A stretch of 64,000 bases of DNA from an uncultured Poribacteria bacterium (GTDB taxonomy: Bacteria > Poribacteria > WGA-4E > WGA-3G). Below the pieces are notes generated by a model, which was given only the letters and a program-made list of their open reading frames with translations, searched no databases and was not told where the DNA came from. Both the position numbers and the translations under genes were made by a program. Every line of letters begins with the position of its first letter. The first letter of the stretch is position 1. Positions 1 to 9,312 of the stretch are shown in pieces. The stretch covers positions 3,456,001 to 3,520,000 of the forward strand of contig OX638351.1 in the NCBI GenBank assembly GCA_951813565.1, read 5' to 3'.

Positions 1-1737
1 GATGAGTTCTCCTGTGTGTGCATCCCATACACGGATAGTACCATAGCCATAAGCAACTGTAACAGTCTGTCCATTAGAAGTGAAAGCAAAAGATTCCGTA
101 GATCCGTTATGTCCATTGATAGCATAGTCTTTCGGGTTACCTGTATGTGCATCCCAGAAGCGGATGAGACCATCGCCTCTTCCACTCGCAAGTGTTTTTC
201 CATCCGGACTAAATGCTAAACTGTAAAAGTCTGATTTGTGTTCTGTAAGTGTTAGTTTACCTTCACCTGTATGTGCGTCCCAAAGACGAATTTTATTTTC
301 TCCGTGTGAAGAACTCGCAAGGGTATTACCGTCAGGATTAAACGCTAAGCGTTTAACAGCCCCTGAATGTCCAGAGAGCTTAATCTTCAATTCGCCTGTA
401 TTTAAGTCGTTAATGTAAATACTATTGTCTTCCTCTGTTAAAGCATTGCTGACAGCAAATGTATTCCCAACAAGATTGCATGCAATTCTATGTTCATAAT
501 TAGTTGGCTCTGAAATTGTTTGCTTGTGTTTTCCTGTGATCACATTCCAGAGTGAGATTTCTGCGTCCATACTGCCACAATAAATAGTCTCTCCATCCAG
601 ACCGAATGCCAAGTCTTTGATTATTCCAGAATAATCTTTAGTGAGTGTATTCTTAAGTTCACCAGTGACTGCATCACAAATATGGATAGTATTTCGATAT
701 CCGCACGCAAGGGTTTTTCCATCTGGACTGAATGCCAGACCTGGTGCCCTAATTGTAAAAGAACTTAAGGTCTTATCCGTTGGCTCAATAACTTTTTTAT
801 AGGAACTTGTTCTTCTATCCCATAATAGAATTGTACCATCCATACTTCCACTGGCTATGGTGCATCCATCCGGACTGAATGCAACGCTGGAAACTTCACT
901 CTGATGCTCAGTTAGCAGAGAGATTTCTTTATGGGTTTTCACATCGTAGAGCCAAATACCGATACTACTTGCAACTGCCAGAATTGTACCATCGGGAGAA
1001 TACTGTAGCTCCTGTATCGTACCTTTTCCGAGACGTGCTTTAGCATCTTTAGGCAGGTTCCATTGCATAGAATCTTGTGTTAAGTTGTTTTCCATTGTTT
1101 TGATTCCTTTTGGTAAACCAAGGTCTTTGTTCCTATCAGAGATAGTACTACTTCTAATTTGATATAACAAATCAGGTATTGTTTCTATGTCAACAATAAT
1201 TCGTAGACGATTTCGAGCACGTTGAAGTCTACTTTTGACAGTGTTCGGAGACACACTCAAAAACTTTCCAATCGCTTCACAACTCATTTCTCCGAGGTAG
1301 TGGAGGATTATCACCGTGCGTTCGCTCTCCGATAGCATTTCCAGAAGATAATCTACTATTTCACGACGAAACTCAGCAGATGCTTCTTCACGCTGTTCTG
1401 CAATATAATTGGCAAAAGCGGTTTTTTCGAGTGCCTCTTCACTAATGGTTTCCAGTGATTGCATCGCCAGTTTCTTCTTTCGAAACCATGCTGTGCAACG
1501 TCGGTCAGCGATAACATAGAGCCATCCTATAAACTGACTTGGATTTTCCAGCGAAGCAAGTTTTTTGTGCGCTTGAACGAAAGTGTCTTGTGTAATTTCT
1601 TCAGCGATGTGGAAATCACCGATTTTCCGCCATGCAAAAGCATGGATACGTTTTTGGTGTTTTCTGAACAAATCGCTGAAAGCATCTTCGTCACCAGACA
1701 GTATATTTTGAATTAGTTCAATGTCGTCTCTTTCCAT
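1..1737 (-). CDS. ECF sigma-70 factor fused to WD40 repeats, without a TM segment (3' end runs off the window)
   Basis: Not in the ORF track. Manual translation from ATG 1737 gives MERDDIELIQNILSGDEDAFS...AWRKIGDFHIAEEITQDTF...SPNTVKSRLQRARNRL, continuing in frame into QDSMQWNLPKDAKARLGKG and SPDG/LWD repeats. GGAGG RBS upstream. Confidence 0.9.
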   Translation of the reverse strand, partial: MERDDIELIQNILSGDEDAFSDLFRKHQKRIHAFAWRKIGDFHIAEEITQDTFVQAHKKLASLENPSQFIGWLYVIADRRCTAWFRKKKLAMQSLETISEEALEKTAFANYIAEQREEASAEFRREIVDYLLEMLSESERTVIILHYLGEMSCEAIGKFLSVSPNTVKSRLQRARNRLRIIVDIETIPDLLYQIRSSTISDRNKDLGLPKGIKTMENNLTQDSMQWNLPKDAKARLGKGTIQELQYSPDGTILAVASSIGIWLYDVKTHKEISLLTEHQSEVSSVAFSPDGCTIASGSMDGTILLWDRRTSSYKKVIEPTDKTLSSFTIRAPGLAFSPDGKTLACGYRNTIHICDAVTGELKNTLTKDYSGIIKDLAFGLDGETIYCGSMDAEISLWNVITGKHKQTISEPTNYEHRIACNLVGNTFAVSNALTEEDNSIYINDLNTGELKIKLSGHSGAVKRLAFNPDGNTLASSSHGENKIRLWDAHTGEGKLTLTEHKSDFYSLAFSPDGKTLASGRGDGLIRFWDAHTGNPKDYAINGHNGSTESFAFTSNGQTVTVAYGYGTIRVWDAHTGELI

Positions 1738-1777
1738 CAGAAACCTCCATAATCAATTTATGCTTACAATAATAGGT

Positions 1778-1805
1778 GACGCGATTTTACTGTGGATGGG
1801 TTGCA
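1778..1805 (-). promoter_or_regulatory. Putative ECF-sigma promoter (TGCAACC-N17-CGTC)
   Basis: Minus strand reads tgcaacc catccacagtaaaatcg cgtc. The same boxes recur upstream of two paralogs while the spacer diverges. Fits the AAC/CGT ECF consensus. Confidence 0.7.
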
Positions 1806-1861
1806 AAAATGCAATAATTCAAAATATTGAATTCTTACACAAAATCATAAGAAAAGTTTTT

Positions 1862-1950
1862 TAGTAAAATCTATAATTACTTTTATACTTTGGTAGGTGC
1901 GGTTTCCCAACCGCACTTACCAGTGATGCGACATATTTTAGATTTTACTA
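1862..1950. mobile_element. MITE family A (TIR TAGTAAAATCTA) carrying a GTAG-type REP hairpin
   Basis: tagtaaaatcta...tagattttacta. Absent from the paralogous intergenic region at ~4830-4845, which serves as the empty site. Confidence 0.7.
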
Positions 1951-1999
1951 TAAGTTCTATGGATTGAAACAAACAGTGTTAACTGTGAGGTAAGTGATG

Positions 2000-4711
2000 T
2001 TAGGGATATATTTCCCAGATAAGCACAGAACCGTTATCACAACCGCTAACGAGGGTTTTTCCATCTGGACTAAAAGCGATACTATCGACCCGACCTATAT
2101 GACCCGTCAGTGTTTTCTTGTGTTCGTAGGTGTGAGCATCCCATAATTGAATCGTGCCGTCACCACAGCCACTTGCGAGGATTTTTCCATCCGGACTGAA
2201 CGCTAAGCACATCAAAAATGTATGCCCGTTAATTGTAATTTTGGTTTTCCACGTGTCTATATCCCATAGATGGATTATCCCGTCATTGCCTCCACTTGCG
2301 AGAGTTTTTCCATCAGGACTGAACGCTAAACCTTCCACCCAATCATTATGTTCGGTAAGTACCATTTTATTTCTACCAGTTGCAACATCCCAGAGACGAA
2401 TAGTTTCATCATTACTTCCGCTTGCGAGGATTTTTCCATCCGGACTGAAACCGATACTATTGATCAACTTTTTATGTCCAATAAGTGTCTTTTTATGTTC
2501 GCCAGTGTGTGCATCCCAGAGGTGGATAGTATCGCCATCTTCACTCGCAAGTATATTTCCGTCCGAACTGAGTGTTATATGCTTAACAAAACCGGTATGT
2601 CCAGTAAACATCAATTTGTGTTCGCCAGTGTGTGCATCCCAGAGGTGGATGTCATCATCAGTCCCACAAAAAAGAGTTTTTCCATTAGGACTGAACACTA
2701 TACTGTAAGCCGATTCTATCTGCCCATTTTTAGGCTCGTTAAATGTTCTTACGGGTTGCCTTGTATCCGCATCCCATAGACGAATAATTCCACTGGCGTC
2801 TCCACTTGCGATATAGTCCCCATTCGGATTGAACGCAACACTGCGGACCTCCTGCGAATGTCCAGTGAATATGTTTTTCGCGTCGCCGGTGTGGGTATCC
2901 CAAAAGCGGATAGTGCCATCGCCACCGCCACTCGCAATTGTTTTTCCATCCGGACTGAACACTAAGCCCCCGCGCCCGGCACTTCGCGGGTGTTCGGTGC
3001 GTATTCTCCTGTGTGTGCCAGTGTGTACATCCCATAGACAGATTGTTTCATCTTCATAAGACGTAGTAGCAAGTATTTTTCCATCCGGACTAAACGCTAA
3101 GTGGATAACGTGATCCTTATGCTCGGAGAGGATCATCTTGAGTTCGCCTGTGTTTAAGTCGTAGAGGTAGACAGTGCCATTTACACTACCAACAGCGACT
3201 GTTATTCCATTTGGACTGAACGCTGCACCTACAGCAGCGCAATCAGGGTGCATAGCGAAAGTTTTCTTGTGTTCACCTGTGTCTGAATTCCACAGACTGA
3301 TTTTGTTGTCCACAACCACAATGGTATCGTTGTCTGGCGTGAATGAAAAATTATGACCCGTAACATGCATGAGTGTATACTTCGCCTCTCCGGTGATGGC
3401 ATCCCATAATCGGATAGTGCCTTCCCGATTACTACTTATAAGTATTTTGCCATCCGGACTGAATGCTATGCATGTGATATATTCTCCATTATGCCCAATG
3501 AGCGTTTTTTGCTCACCTGTGATTCTATCATGCAGGGTAATAGTGCCATCGAGATTTCCACTCGCTAAGATGCGTCCATCTGGGCTGAAGGCAAGATAGT
3601 AGACGTCGCTCGTATCCGCATCCGCTGTGATTAGACTTGCTTCTTGATGTACTGTTACATCGTAAAGCCAAATACCGATGCCGCTCGCGACAGCCAGAAA
3701 CTTACCGTCAGGAGAATATTTTATATCGGCTATATACCCTTTACTAAGACGCGCTTTGGCATCTTCAGGCAGGTTCCATTGCATAGCATCTTGTGTTAGG
3801 TTGTTTTTCACTGTTTTTGTTCCTTTTGTTAGACCGTTGTTACTGTTTTTGCTGCGGTTAGTACCACCAACCCGGTTTTGCAATTCAGGTTTTGATTGGA
3901 GATTAAGGACAATAGGCGCGTCAACAATTTCAATTGTGGGTTCTGATTTCGCATTAAGGCTATATGGCTGCTGAAAATTAGTAATGATTTGATTGCTTGC
4001 ACCCATCAACAGAATGACTAAAATAGTAGATGAAACTAATGCAACCCACGGTAGCGGCTTGCCGCCTTGAGGAGATATATGTTTCACCTTATCAATCTGC
4101 TGCATGATGTTTTCAGTTAGATTTGGAGATAATGGAACACTGCCGAGAGTCTCCTGAATTATGGACTCTTCATTCTGTAAACGTTCTCGAGCGCGTTTAA
4201 GTCGGCTTTTAACAGTGTTCGGAGATACGCCTAAAAACTTGCTAATCGCTTCGCAGCTCATTTCTCCAAGGTAGTGAAGGACCATCACTGTGCGTTCACT
4301 TTCCGGTAGTTTTTCCAGCAGCTTTTGCACGATTTGACGACGGTGTTCAAGGGCTGCGTCCTCACGCTGTTCACAGATATAGTCTGAATATGCAGTTTTT
4401 TCGAGTGTTTCTTCAGCGGTGGCTTCAAGCGATTGTGTCCACAGTTTCTTTTTTCGGAACCATGCTTTGCAACGTCGATCAGCGATTACATAAAGCCAAC
4501 CTGCAAACTGACTCGGATTTTTCAACGAGGCAAGTTTTTTGTGTGCTTGGAGGAAAGTGTCTTGTGTAATTTCTTCAGCGATATGGAAATCACCGATTTT
4601 CCGCCACGCAAGCGCGTGAACGCTTTTTTGGTATTTTTTAACCAAAATGCTGAAAGCAACTTCGTCACCTGACAAAACACTATGGATTAGTTTAACGTCA
4701 TCTCTTTCCAT
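2000..4711 (-). CDS. ECF sigma-70 factor - TM helix - WD40 beta-propeller fusion
   Basis: Sigma r2 (AEEITQDTF, FAGWLYVIA) and r4 (PNTVKSRLKRAR), hydrophobic LPWVALVSSTILVILLMGA, then many GH...FSPDG...LWD repeats. Confidence 0.93.
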   Translation of the reverse strand: MERDDVKLIHSVLSGDEVAFSILVKKYQKSVHALAWRKIGDFHIAEEITQDTFLQAHKKLASLKNPSQFAGWLYVIADRRCKAWFRKKKLWTQSLEATAEETLEKTAYSDYICEQREDAALEHRRQIVQKLLEKLPESERTVMVLHYLGEMSCEAISKFLGVSPNTVKSRLKRARERLQNEESIIQETLGSVPLSPNLTENIMQQIDKVKHISPQGGKPLPWVALVSSTILVILLMGASNQIITNFQQPYSLNAKSEPTIEIVDAPIVLNLQSKPELQNRVGGTNRSKNSNNGLTKGTKTVKNNLTQDAMQWNLPEDAKARLSKGYIADIKYSPDGKFLAVASGIGIWLYDVTVHQEASLITADADTSDVYYLAFSPDGRILASGNLDGTITLHDRITGEQKTLIGHNGEYITCIAFSPDGKILISSNREGTIRLWDAITGEAKYTLMHVTGHNFSFTPDNDTIVVVDNKISLWNSDTGEHKKTFAMHPDCAAVGAAFSPNGITVAVGSVNGTVYLYDLNTGELKMILSEHKDHVIHLAFSPDGKILATTSYEDETICLWDVHTGTHRRIRTEHPRSAGRGGLVFSPDGKTIASGGGDGTIRFWDTHTGDAKNIFTGHSQEVRSVAFNPNGDYIASGDASGIIRLWDADTRQPVRTFNEPKNGQIESAYSIVFSPNGKTLFCGTDDDIHLWDAHTGEHKLMFTGHTGFVKHITLSSDGNILASEDGDTIHLWDAHTGEHKKTLIGHKKLINSIGFSPDGKILASGSNDETIRLWDVATGRNKMVLTEHNDWVEGLAFSPDGKTLASGGNDGIIHLWDIDTWKTKITINGHTFLMCLAFSPDGKILASGCGDGTIQLWDAHTYEHKKTLTGHIGRVDSIAFSPDGKTLVSGCDNGSVLIWEIYP

Positions 4712-4752
4712 CAGAGAACTCCCATAATCAATTTAGACTTGCAATAATAGGT

Positions 4753-4780
4753 GACGCGACTTTACAATGGATGGGTTGCA
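4753..4780 (-). promoter_or_regulatory. Putative ECF-sigma promoter
   Basis: tgcaacc catccattgtaaagtcg cgtc on the minus strand, upstream of the sigma-WD40 gene. Confidence 0.7.
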
Positions 4781-4884
4781 AAAATGTCATAATTCAAAAA
4801 ATACTGAATTCTTACACTAAATCATAAGTAAAGTTATAAGTTCTATGGATTGAAAAAATAACGTTTACTGTGGAGTAAGTATTG

Positions 4885-5901
4885 TTAGGGATTTATCTCC
4901 CAAACAAGCACAGAACTATCAAGACTACCACTCACGAGTATTCTTCCATCGGGGCTAAAAGCGATACTTCTGACTATATCTGTATGACCCGATAATGTTT
5001 TCTTTTCCTTTCCGGTATGTGCATCCCAGAGATAGATAATCTTGTTCCTGTCTCCACTTGCAAGGGTTTTACCATCTGGACTGAACGCTAACGCATAACT
5101 ATGCATCCAATTCGTTCTTTTGAGCATCATCTGGTTCTTGCCAGTATCAACATCCCAAAAGCGGATGGTAGTGTCGTCACTCCCACTTGTTAGGGTTTTA
5201 CCATCTGGACTGAACGCTAATGAGCTAACCCAATCTGTATGTCCTATAAGTATCTTGTTGTTACCAGTGTTGATATCCCAAAGGCGGACGGTACCCTTGT
5301 AACTTGCACTCGCAAGCGTTTTGCCATCTGGACCGAACGCTAAACAGCTCAAGTGATTTGTATGTCCTCTAAGAGTTTTCTTGCGTTCATCTGTGTGTAC
5401 ATCCCATAGGGATATAGTCTTCTCGTCATCAACGCCACTGGCTAATGTATTTCCATCTGGACTGAATGCTCTGAGTACTGGGTTATAGGGATCATTCATA
5501 TAAAATATTTTCTTGTGTTCACCTGTCTGTACATCCCATAGGCGAATGCCAGCGTCAGTCCCACAAGCAAGGATTTTATCATCGGGCGAGAATTGTATAC
5601 TGTGGACCATATCGTTAAACTTTTTAAACGTTTTGATGAGTTGCCCAGTGTCTGCATTCCACAAGCGAACAATTCCACCGCTACACCCACTTGCAATAAT
5701 GTCCCCATTCCGACTGAACGCTACACTCAAGACAGATTCCGAATGTCCAGTCAATGTATGTTTTACGGTACCTGTGTAGTCATTTTGGGAACGGATAGTA
5801 CCATCGCCACTTCCACTCGCCAGGGTTATTCCGTCAGGACTGAATGCCACCTCGTGAGTGGACAATATTTTGTGATTCAATTCAGTATCACTCTTCTTCA
5901 T
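4885..5901 (-). CDS. WD40 repeat protein, internal-deletion derivative of a sigma-WD40 fusion
   Basis: First ~20 aa (MKKSDTELNHKILSTHEVAFS) align to the sigma N-terminus (MERDDVKLIHSVLSGDEVAFS), then jump into WD40 repeats. Confidence 0.85.
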   Translation of the reverse strand: MKKSDTELNHKILSTHEVAFSPDGITLASGSGDGTIRSQNDYTGTVKHTLTGHSESVLSVAFSRNGDIIASGCSGGIVRLWNADTGQLIKTFKKFNDMVHSIQFSPDDKILACGTDAGIRLWDVQTGEHKKIFYMNDPYNPVLRAFSPDGNTLASGVDDEKTISLWDVHTDERKKTLRGHTNHLSCLAFGPDGKTLASASYKGTVRLWDINTGNNKILIGHTDWVSSLAFSPDGKTLTSGSDDTTIRFWDVDTGKNQMMLKRTNWMHSYALAFSPDGKTLASGDRNKIIYLWDAHTGKEKKTLSGHTDIVRSIAFSPDGRILVSGSLDSSVLVWEINP

Positions 5902-5941
5902 AAGAGACCTCCATCGTCAATTCATGCTTACAATAACAGAT

Positions 5942-5969
5942 GACGCGATTTTACACGCAACAGGTTGCA
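5942..5969 (-). promoter_or_regulatory. Putative ECF-sigma promoter
   Basis: tgcaacc tgttgcgtgtaaaatcg cgtc on the minus strand. Confidence 0.7.
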
Positions 5970-6012
5970 AAAATGTCATAATTCGGAAAGAATAGGATTC
6001 TTACATTAATAC

Positions 6013-6203
6013 TACAGTCTATCTCATAAATCGTTAAATACGTTTCCTTACACAGGTTCTACATTCATCGTAGGGGCGGGTCCCTGTGCCCGCCCATTGT
6101 TTCCACTTATGAGAGAGATGGCGAGGCACCAAATCAACGGTCCGAATGCCTTATGGCATTCCCCGGGACCTCGCCCTACAAATGATTTATGAGATACGCT
6201 CTA
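6013..6203. mobile_element. MITE family D containing a REP pair and a 35-bp hairpin unit (6130-6164)
   Basis: Imperfect 20-bp TIR tacagtctatctcataaatc / gatttatgagatacgctcta. Internal gtaggggcggg...ctcgccctac. Confidence 0.6.
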
Positions 6204-6328
6204 TTAGGATTTACGCACAAATTTGGAGCACACGGTAAATAAACGGACATCGCTAAAAAGCGTACAATAAATTGTGTTACTACAATAGCCGCTAAGACTG
6301 TATAAGTCTATAAAGTTTGTTCAATTGT

Positions 6329-8224
6329 TTAGCGATCAGAAACCAATTTTGTTAGATCCCATAAAAGGATAGTACCATCAGTACTACCACTTGCAACTGT
6401 TTCTCCATCAGGTGAATACACAACAGAATTGATCATAGTAGTGTGGCCCGTAAACGTGTTGATGTGGTCGCCAGTGCTCAAGTCCCAGAAGTATATCGCA
6501 TCACCACTACTACTGGTAAGCACATTACCATCTGGAGAAAAATCAACAGAAATACTATTCCGCGTATGACCTCTGAAGGTATTGAGGAGTTCATGTGTAT
6601 TGAAGTCCCATAAACAGACCTTTCCATCCCTGCTGGCACTTGCAAACGTATTACCATCCGGGGAAAAAACAACGGTATGTACAGCCCTCGTATGCTCCAC
6701 AAGTGTGTTAATGAGATTTCCAGTTTCAACATCCCACAACCGGATTGTATTGTCATCACTTGCACTCACAATTGTGTTACTATCTGGTGAAAACGTTACA
6801 TAATGCACATCATCTGTATGCCCTACAATTGTATCTAACCGTTCCCCTATGACATTTCGCTCACCGGATCGTATTTCCCACAAACCGATAGTATTGTCCT
6901 GACTTCCACTTGCAAGCATGCTACCGTCAGGTGAAAAAGCAACACTTCTGACAAGATTAGTATGCCCTTTGAATGAACCGAGAAATCGACCAGTTTCAAC
7001 ATCCCACAATCGAGCTAAGTTAAAATCGGCACTTGCGAGAATTTTACCATCCGCTGAGAAGGTAACGGAGCTGACACTTCCGATAGGTCCAACGAGTGTT
7101 TTTTGTAGTTCACCTGTCTTCGGATTCCAGAAACTTATTTTGGACATATTTCCTGTTACAAGGGAGCTGCCATCAGGTGCATAAGCGAGAGAAAAAACTT
7201 GAAAGGTAAAATCATCTATTGTTTTCTTAACTTTGTAAGTTTCTACATCCCAAAAATTAATCGTCCCTTCCTTGCCAACACTTATGAGTGTATTGCCATC
7301 TGGAGAATAGGTCAAAGAAGTGATCGGTTCTTCAGTATGGATAGTTTTCAACAAAAGTCCTGTGGAGACATCATTTATCAAGATAGCGTTGTTTTCAATC
7401 CCAGTTGCGAGGGTTTTTCCGTCTGGTGAAAACACAACTGCCCAGATTTCTCCTATACTTTCTTCTGCTTCACAGGTTATAAGGAGTTTACCGGTGCGTC
7501 CTTCCCATAAACAGATCTTTCCCCAACTACCTGTTGCGAAAATGCTGCCGTTGGGTAAACTTGCTACTGAATGTATATGCGCTATATCATCTTGATCACT
7601 GGTTATAGTGTTGATGCGTTCTCTCGTTCTCGGCTCCCAAAAACATAAGGTGTTCCCAACCCGATACGAGCCGCTTGCTATCACTGTTCCATCTGACGAA
7701 AACGATACCGAGTGAACGTTATTTGAATGTCCTTGAAGAGATGCTACCCATTCTCCTGTGTTGACATCCCATAGTCCAACCGTATTATCATCGCTTGCGG
7801 TAGCAAGTATCTTACCATCCCGACTGAATGATACCTCATTAATATCGTCCCGGTGTCCAATAAAACTTAATATGTGCTCACCTGTGTTTGCATCCCACAA
7901 CCAAGCAGTATTATCATCACATGCAGTGGCAAATGTTGTCCCATCCGGACTAAAAGCCAGAGACTTAATTGGACGTGTATGTCCTGTGAGTAAATCCAAT
8001 AATTCATCTGTCCGCAAATCGTATATCCAGACACCGATTGTCGTAGTAATAGCAAGACGATTTCCATCTGGAAAATATTTTACTTTATATGCTTTACCTT
8101 TTCCAATCCGTGCTTTGGCTGCCTCAGGTAAATCCCATAATTCTTTTCCTTGACTATAGCTATTTGGTAAACATAGAATAAAGATTAACGGTAAAGTTGT
8201 TAGTAACAATTTTAGCATTTTCAT
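6329..8224 (-). CDS. Secreted WD40 repeat protein
   Basis: Signal peptide, WDLPEAAKARIGKG motif, tandem WD40 repeats, AAGGAG RBS. Confidence 0.92.
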   Translation of the reverse strand: MKMLKLLLTTLPLIFILCLPNSYSQGKELWDLPEAAKARIGKGKAYKVKYFPDGNRLAITTTIGVWIYDLRTDELLDLLTGHTRPIKSLAFSPDGTTFATACDDNTAWLWDANTGEHILSFIGHRDDINEVSFSRDGKILATASDDNTVGLWDVNTGEWVASLQGHSNNVHSVSFSSDGTVIASGSYRVGNTLCFWEPRTRERINTITSDQDDIAHIHSVASLPNGSIFATGSWGKICLWEGRTGKLLITCEAEESIGEIWAVVFSPDGKTLATGIENNAILINDVSTGLLLKTIHTEEPITSLTYSPDGNTLISVGKEGTINFWDVETYKVKKTIDDFTFQVFSLAYAPDGSSLVTGNMSKISFWNPKTGELQKTLVGPIGSVSSVTFSADGKILASADFNLARLWDVETGRFLGSFKGHTNLVRSVAFSPDGSMLASGSQDNTIGLWEIRSGERNVIGERLDTIVGHTDDVHYVTFSPDSNTIVSASDDNTIRLWDVETGNLINTLVEHTRAVHTVVFSPDGNTFASASRDGKVCLWDFNTHELLNTFRGHTRNSISVDFSPDGNVLTSSSGDAIYFWDLSTGDHINTFTGHTTMINSVVYSPDGETVASGSTDGTILLWDLTKLVSDR

Positions 8225-8245
8225 TACATCTCTCCTTTGCTTTTA

Positions 8246-8374
8246 TAGTAAATTCGAAAATATGTGAATACTTTACGATAAATGTGGTTTTACAATGTTC
8301 AATTTTAGGTCTGGTAGGAGCGGTTTCCTAACCGTTTCCACCGGGGAGTGTCCACATTTTTTTAGATTTCACTA
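8246..8374. mobile_element. MITE family A copy
   Basis: TA|tagtaaattcgaaaa...tttagatttcacta|TA with internal ggtaggagcggtttcctaaccg REP. Confidence 0.6.
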
Positions 8375-8432
8375 TAATTAATTTGAATTTATAAGATGGA
8401 ATCCATCTCCTCTAATGTCTTTAGAGATTGGT

Positions 8433-9131
8433 TTATTTTGACGGAGGTAAGACATTTACCCAATGTCCGTCCATTCTGTCATCTTCAATAAATCCGACTT
8501 TTGACCACCAAGTATTTGCACCTGTTCTGGCGTGTCCGCGGTCAAAGTTAATCCCAATGTCAATCCGTTGAGTTGTCTCAGGATAATCCAACATGCCCCA
8601 TGGAATCTCCATCTCTACAATCCATCCATCCTCAACGATGTTGGCAGCCACGTTCCATAGTTCAGGCACATCCTCTATAGGAACATTGAGTGGCGGATGG
8701 CTGACAAACTTTACGCCTAAAGGGTTTGACATAAAAAATCTTCTGTCTCTGAATTGATGTGTATGAAAAAGATCAATTGTAAAGGATATCCAATCATCGC
8801 GCCATGGTCGAACCTGATCCTCGGTCTCAAAGGCAACCAATTGGTCCGGTTTTTCGTCGTACAGATACCACGCGACATAAATGGCTTTATCAGTATAAAT
8901 CAACCTGATAACGGATTGATCTTTAGCTGGGGCACCATCAGCATTTCTGTCAGTGAAATCAGTACCACGCGGCGCTTTTTTCCATGCAGCGTCGTCTAAC
9001 TTCCCATCAATTATAGGTGGCGAGGCAACCTTTACTCCGCGCAATTCCTTAGGGGGTTTATTAACGACAATTTTACAACCTGTGAGTATTAACATCACTG
9101 AGATTAATTTTATGAGAAATATGGTTTTCAT
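8433..9131 (-). CDS. CBM9/DOMON-like carbohydrate-binding lipoprotein
   Basis: Lipobox LILTGC. Motifs PIIDGKLDDAAW, YTDKAIYV, GWIVEMEIPW, IGINFDR. Confidence 0.8.
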   Translation of the reverse strand: MKTIFLIKLISVMLILTGCKIVVNKPPKELRGVKVASPPIIDGKLDDAAWKKAPRGTDFTDRNADGAPAKDQSVIRLIYTDKAIYVAWYLYDEKPDQLVAFETEDQVRPWRDDWISFTIDLFHTHQFRDRRFFMSNPLGVKFVSHPPLNVPIEDVPELWNVAANIVEDGWIVEMEIPWGMLDYPETTQRIDIGINFDRGHARTGANTWWSKVGFIEDDRMDGHWVNVLPPSK

Positions 9132-9312
9132 ATCTTCATTCTCCTTAGAATTGGAACGAACAGAGTATTAGTTCTTATCTTTGTAGATGTTAAGACATCA
9201 TTATCGCATTAATTCAATTTATTTTCGTATTCTTAAATTCGCTGTGTCCACCATATAAATACATCCATGGATGCACTTTTAGCGAGTTTTGCATGAAAAC
9301 AGATACCATGCT

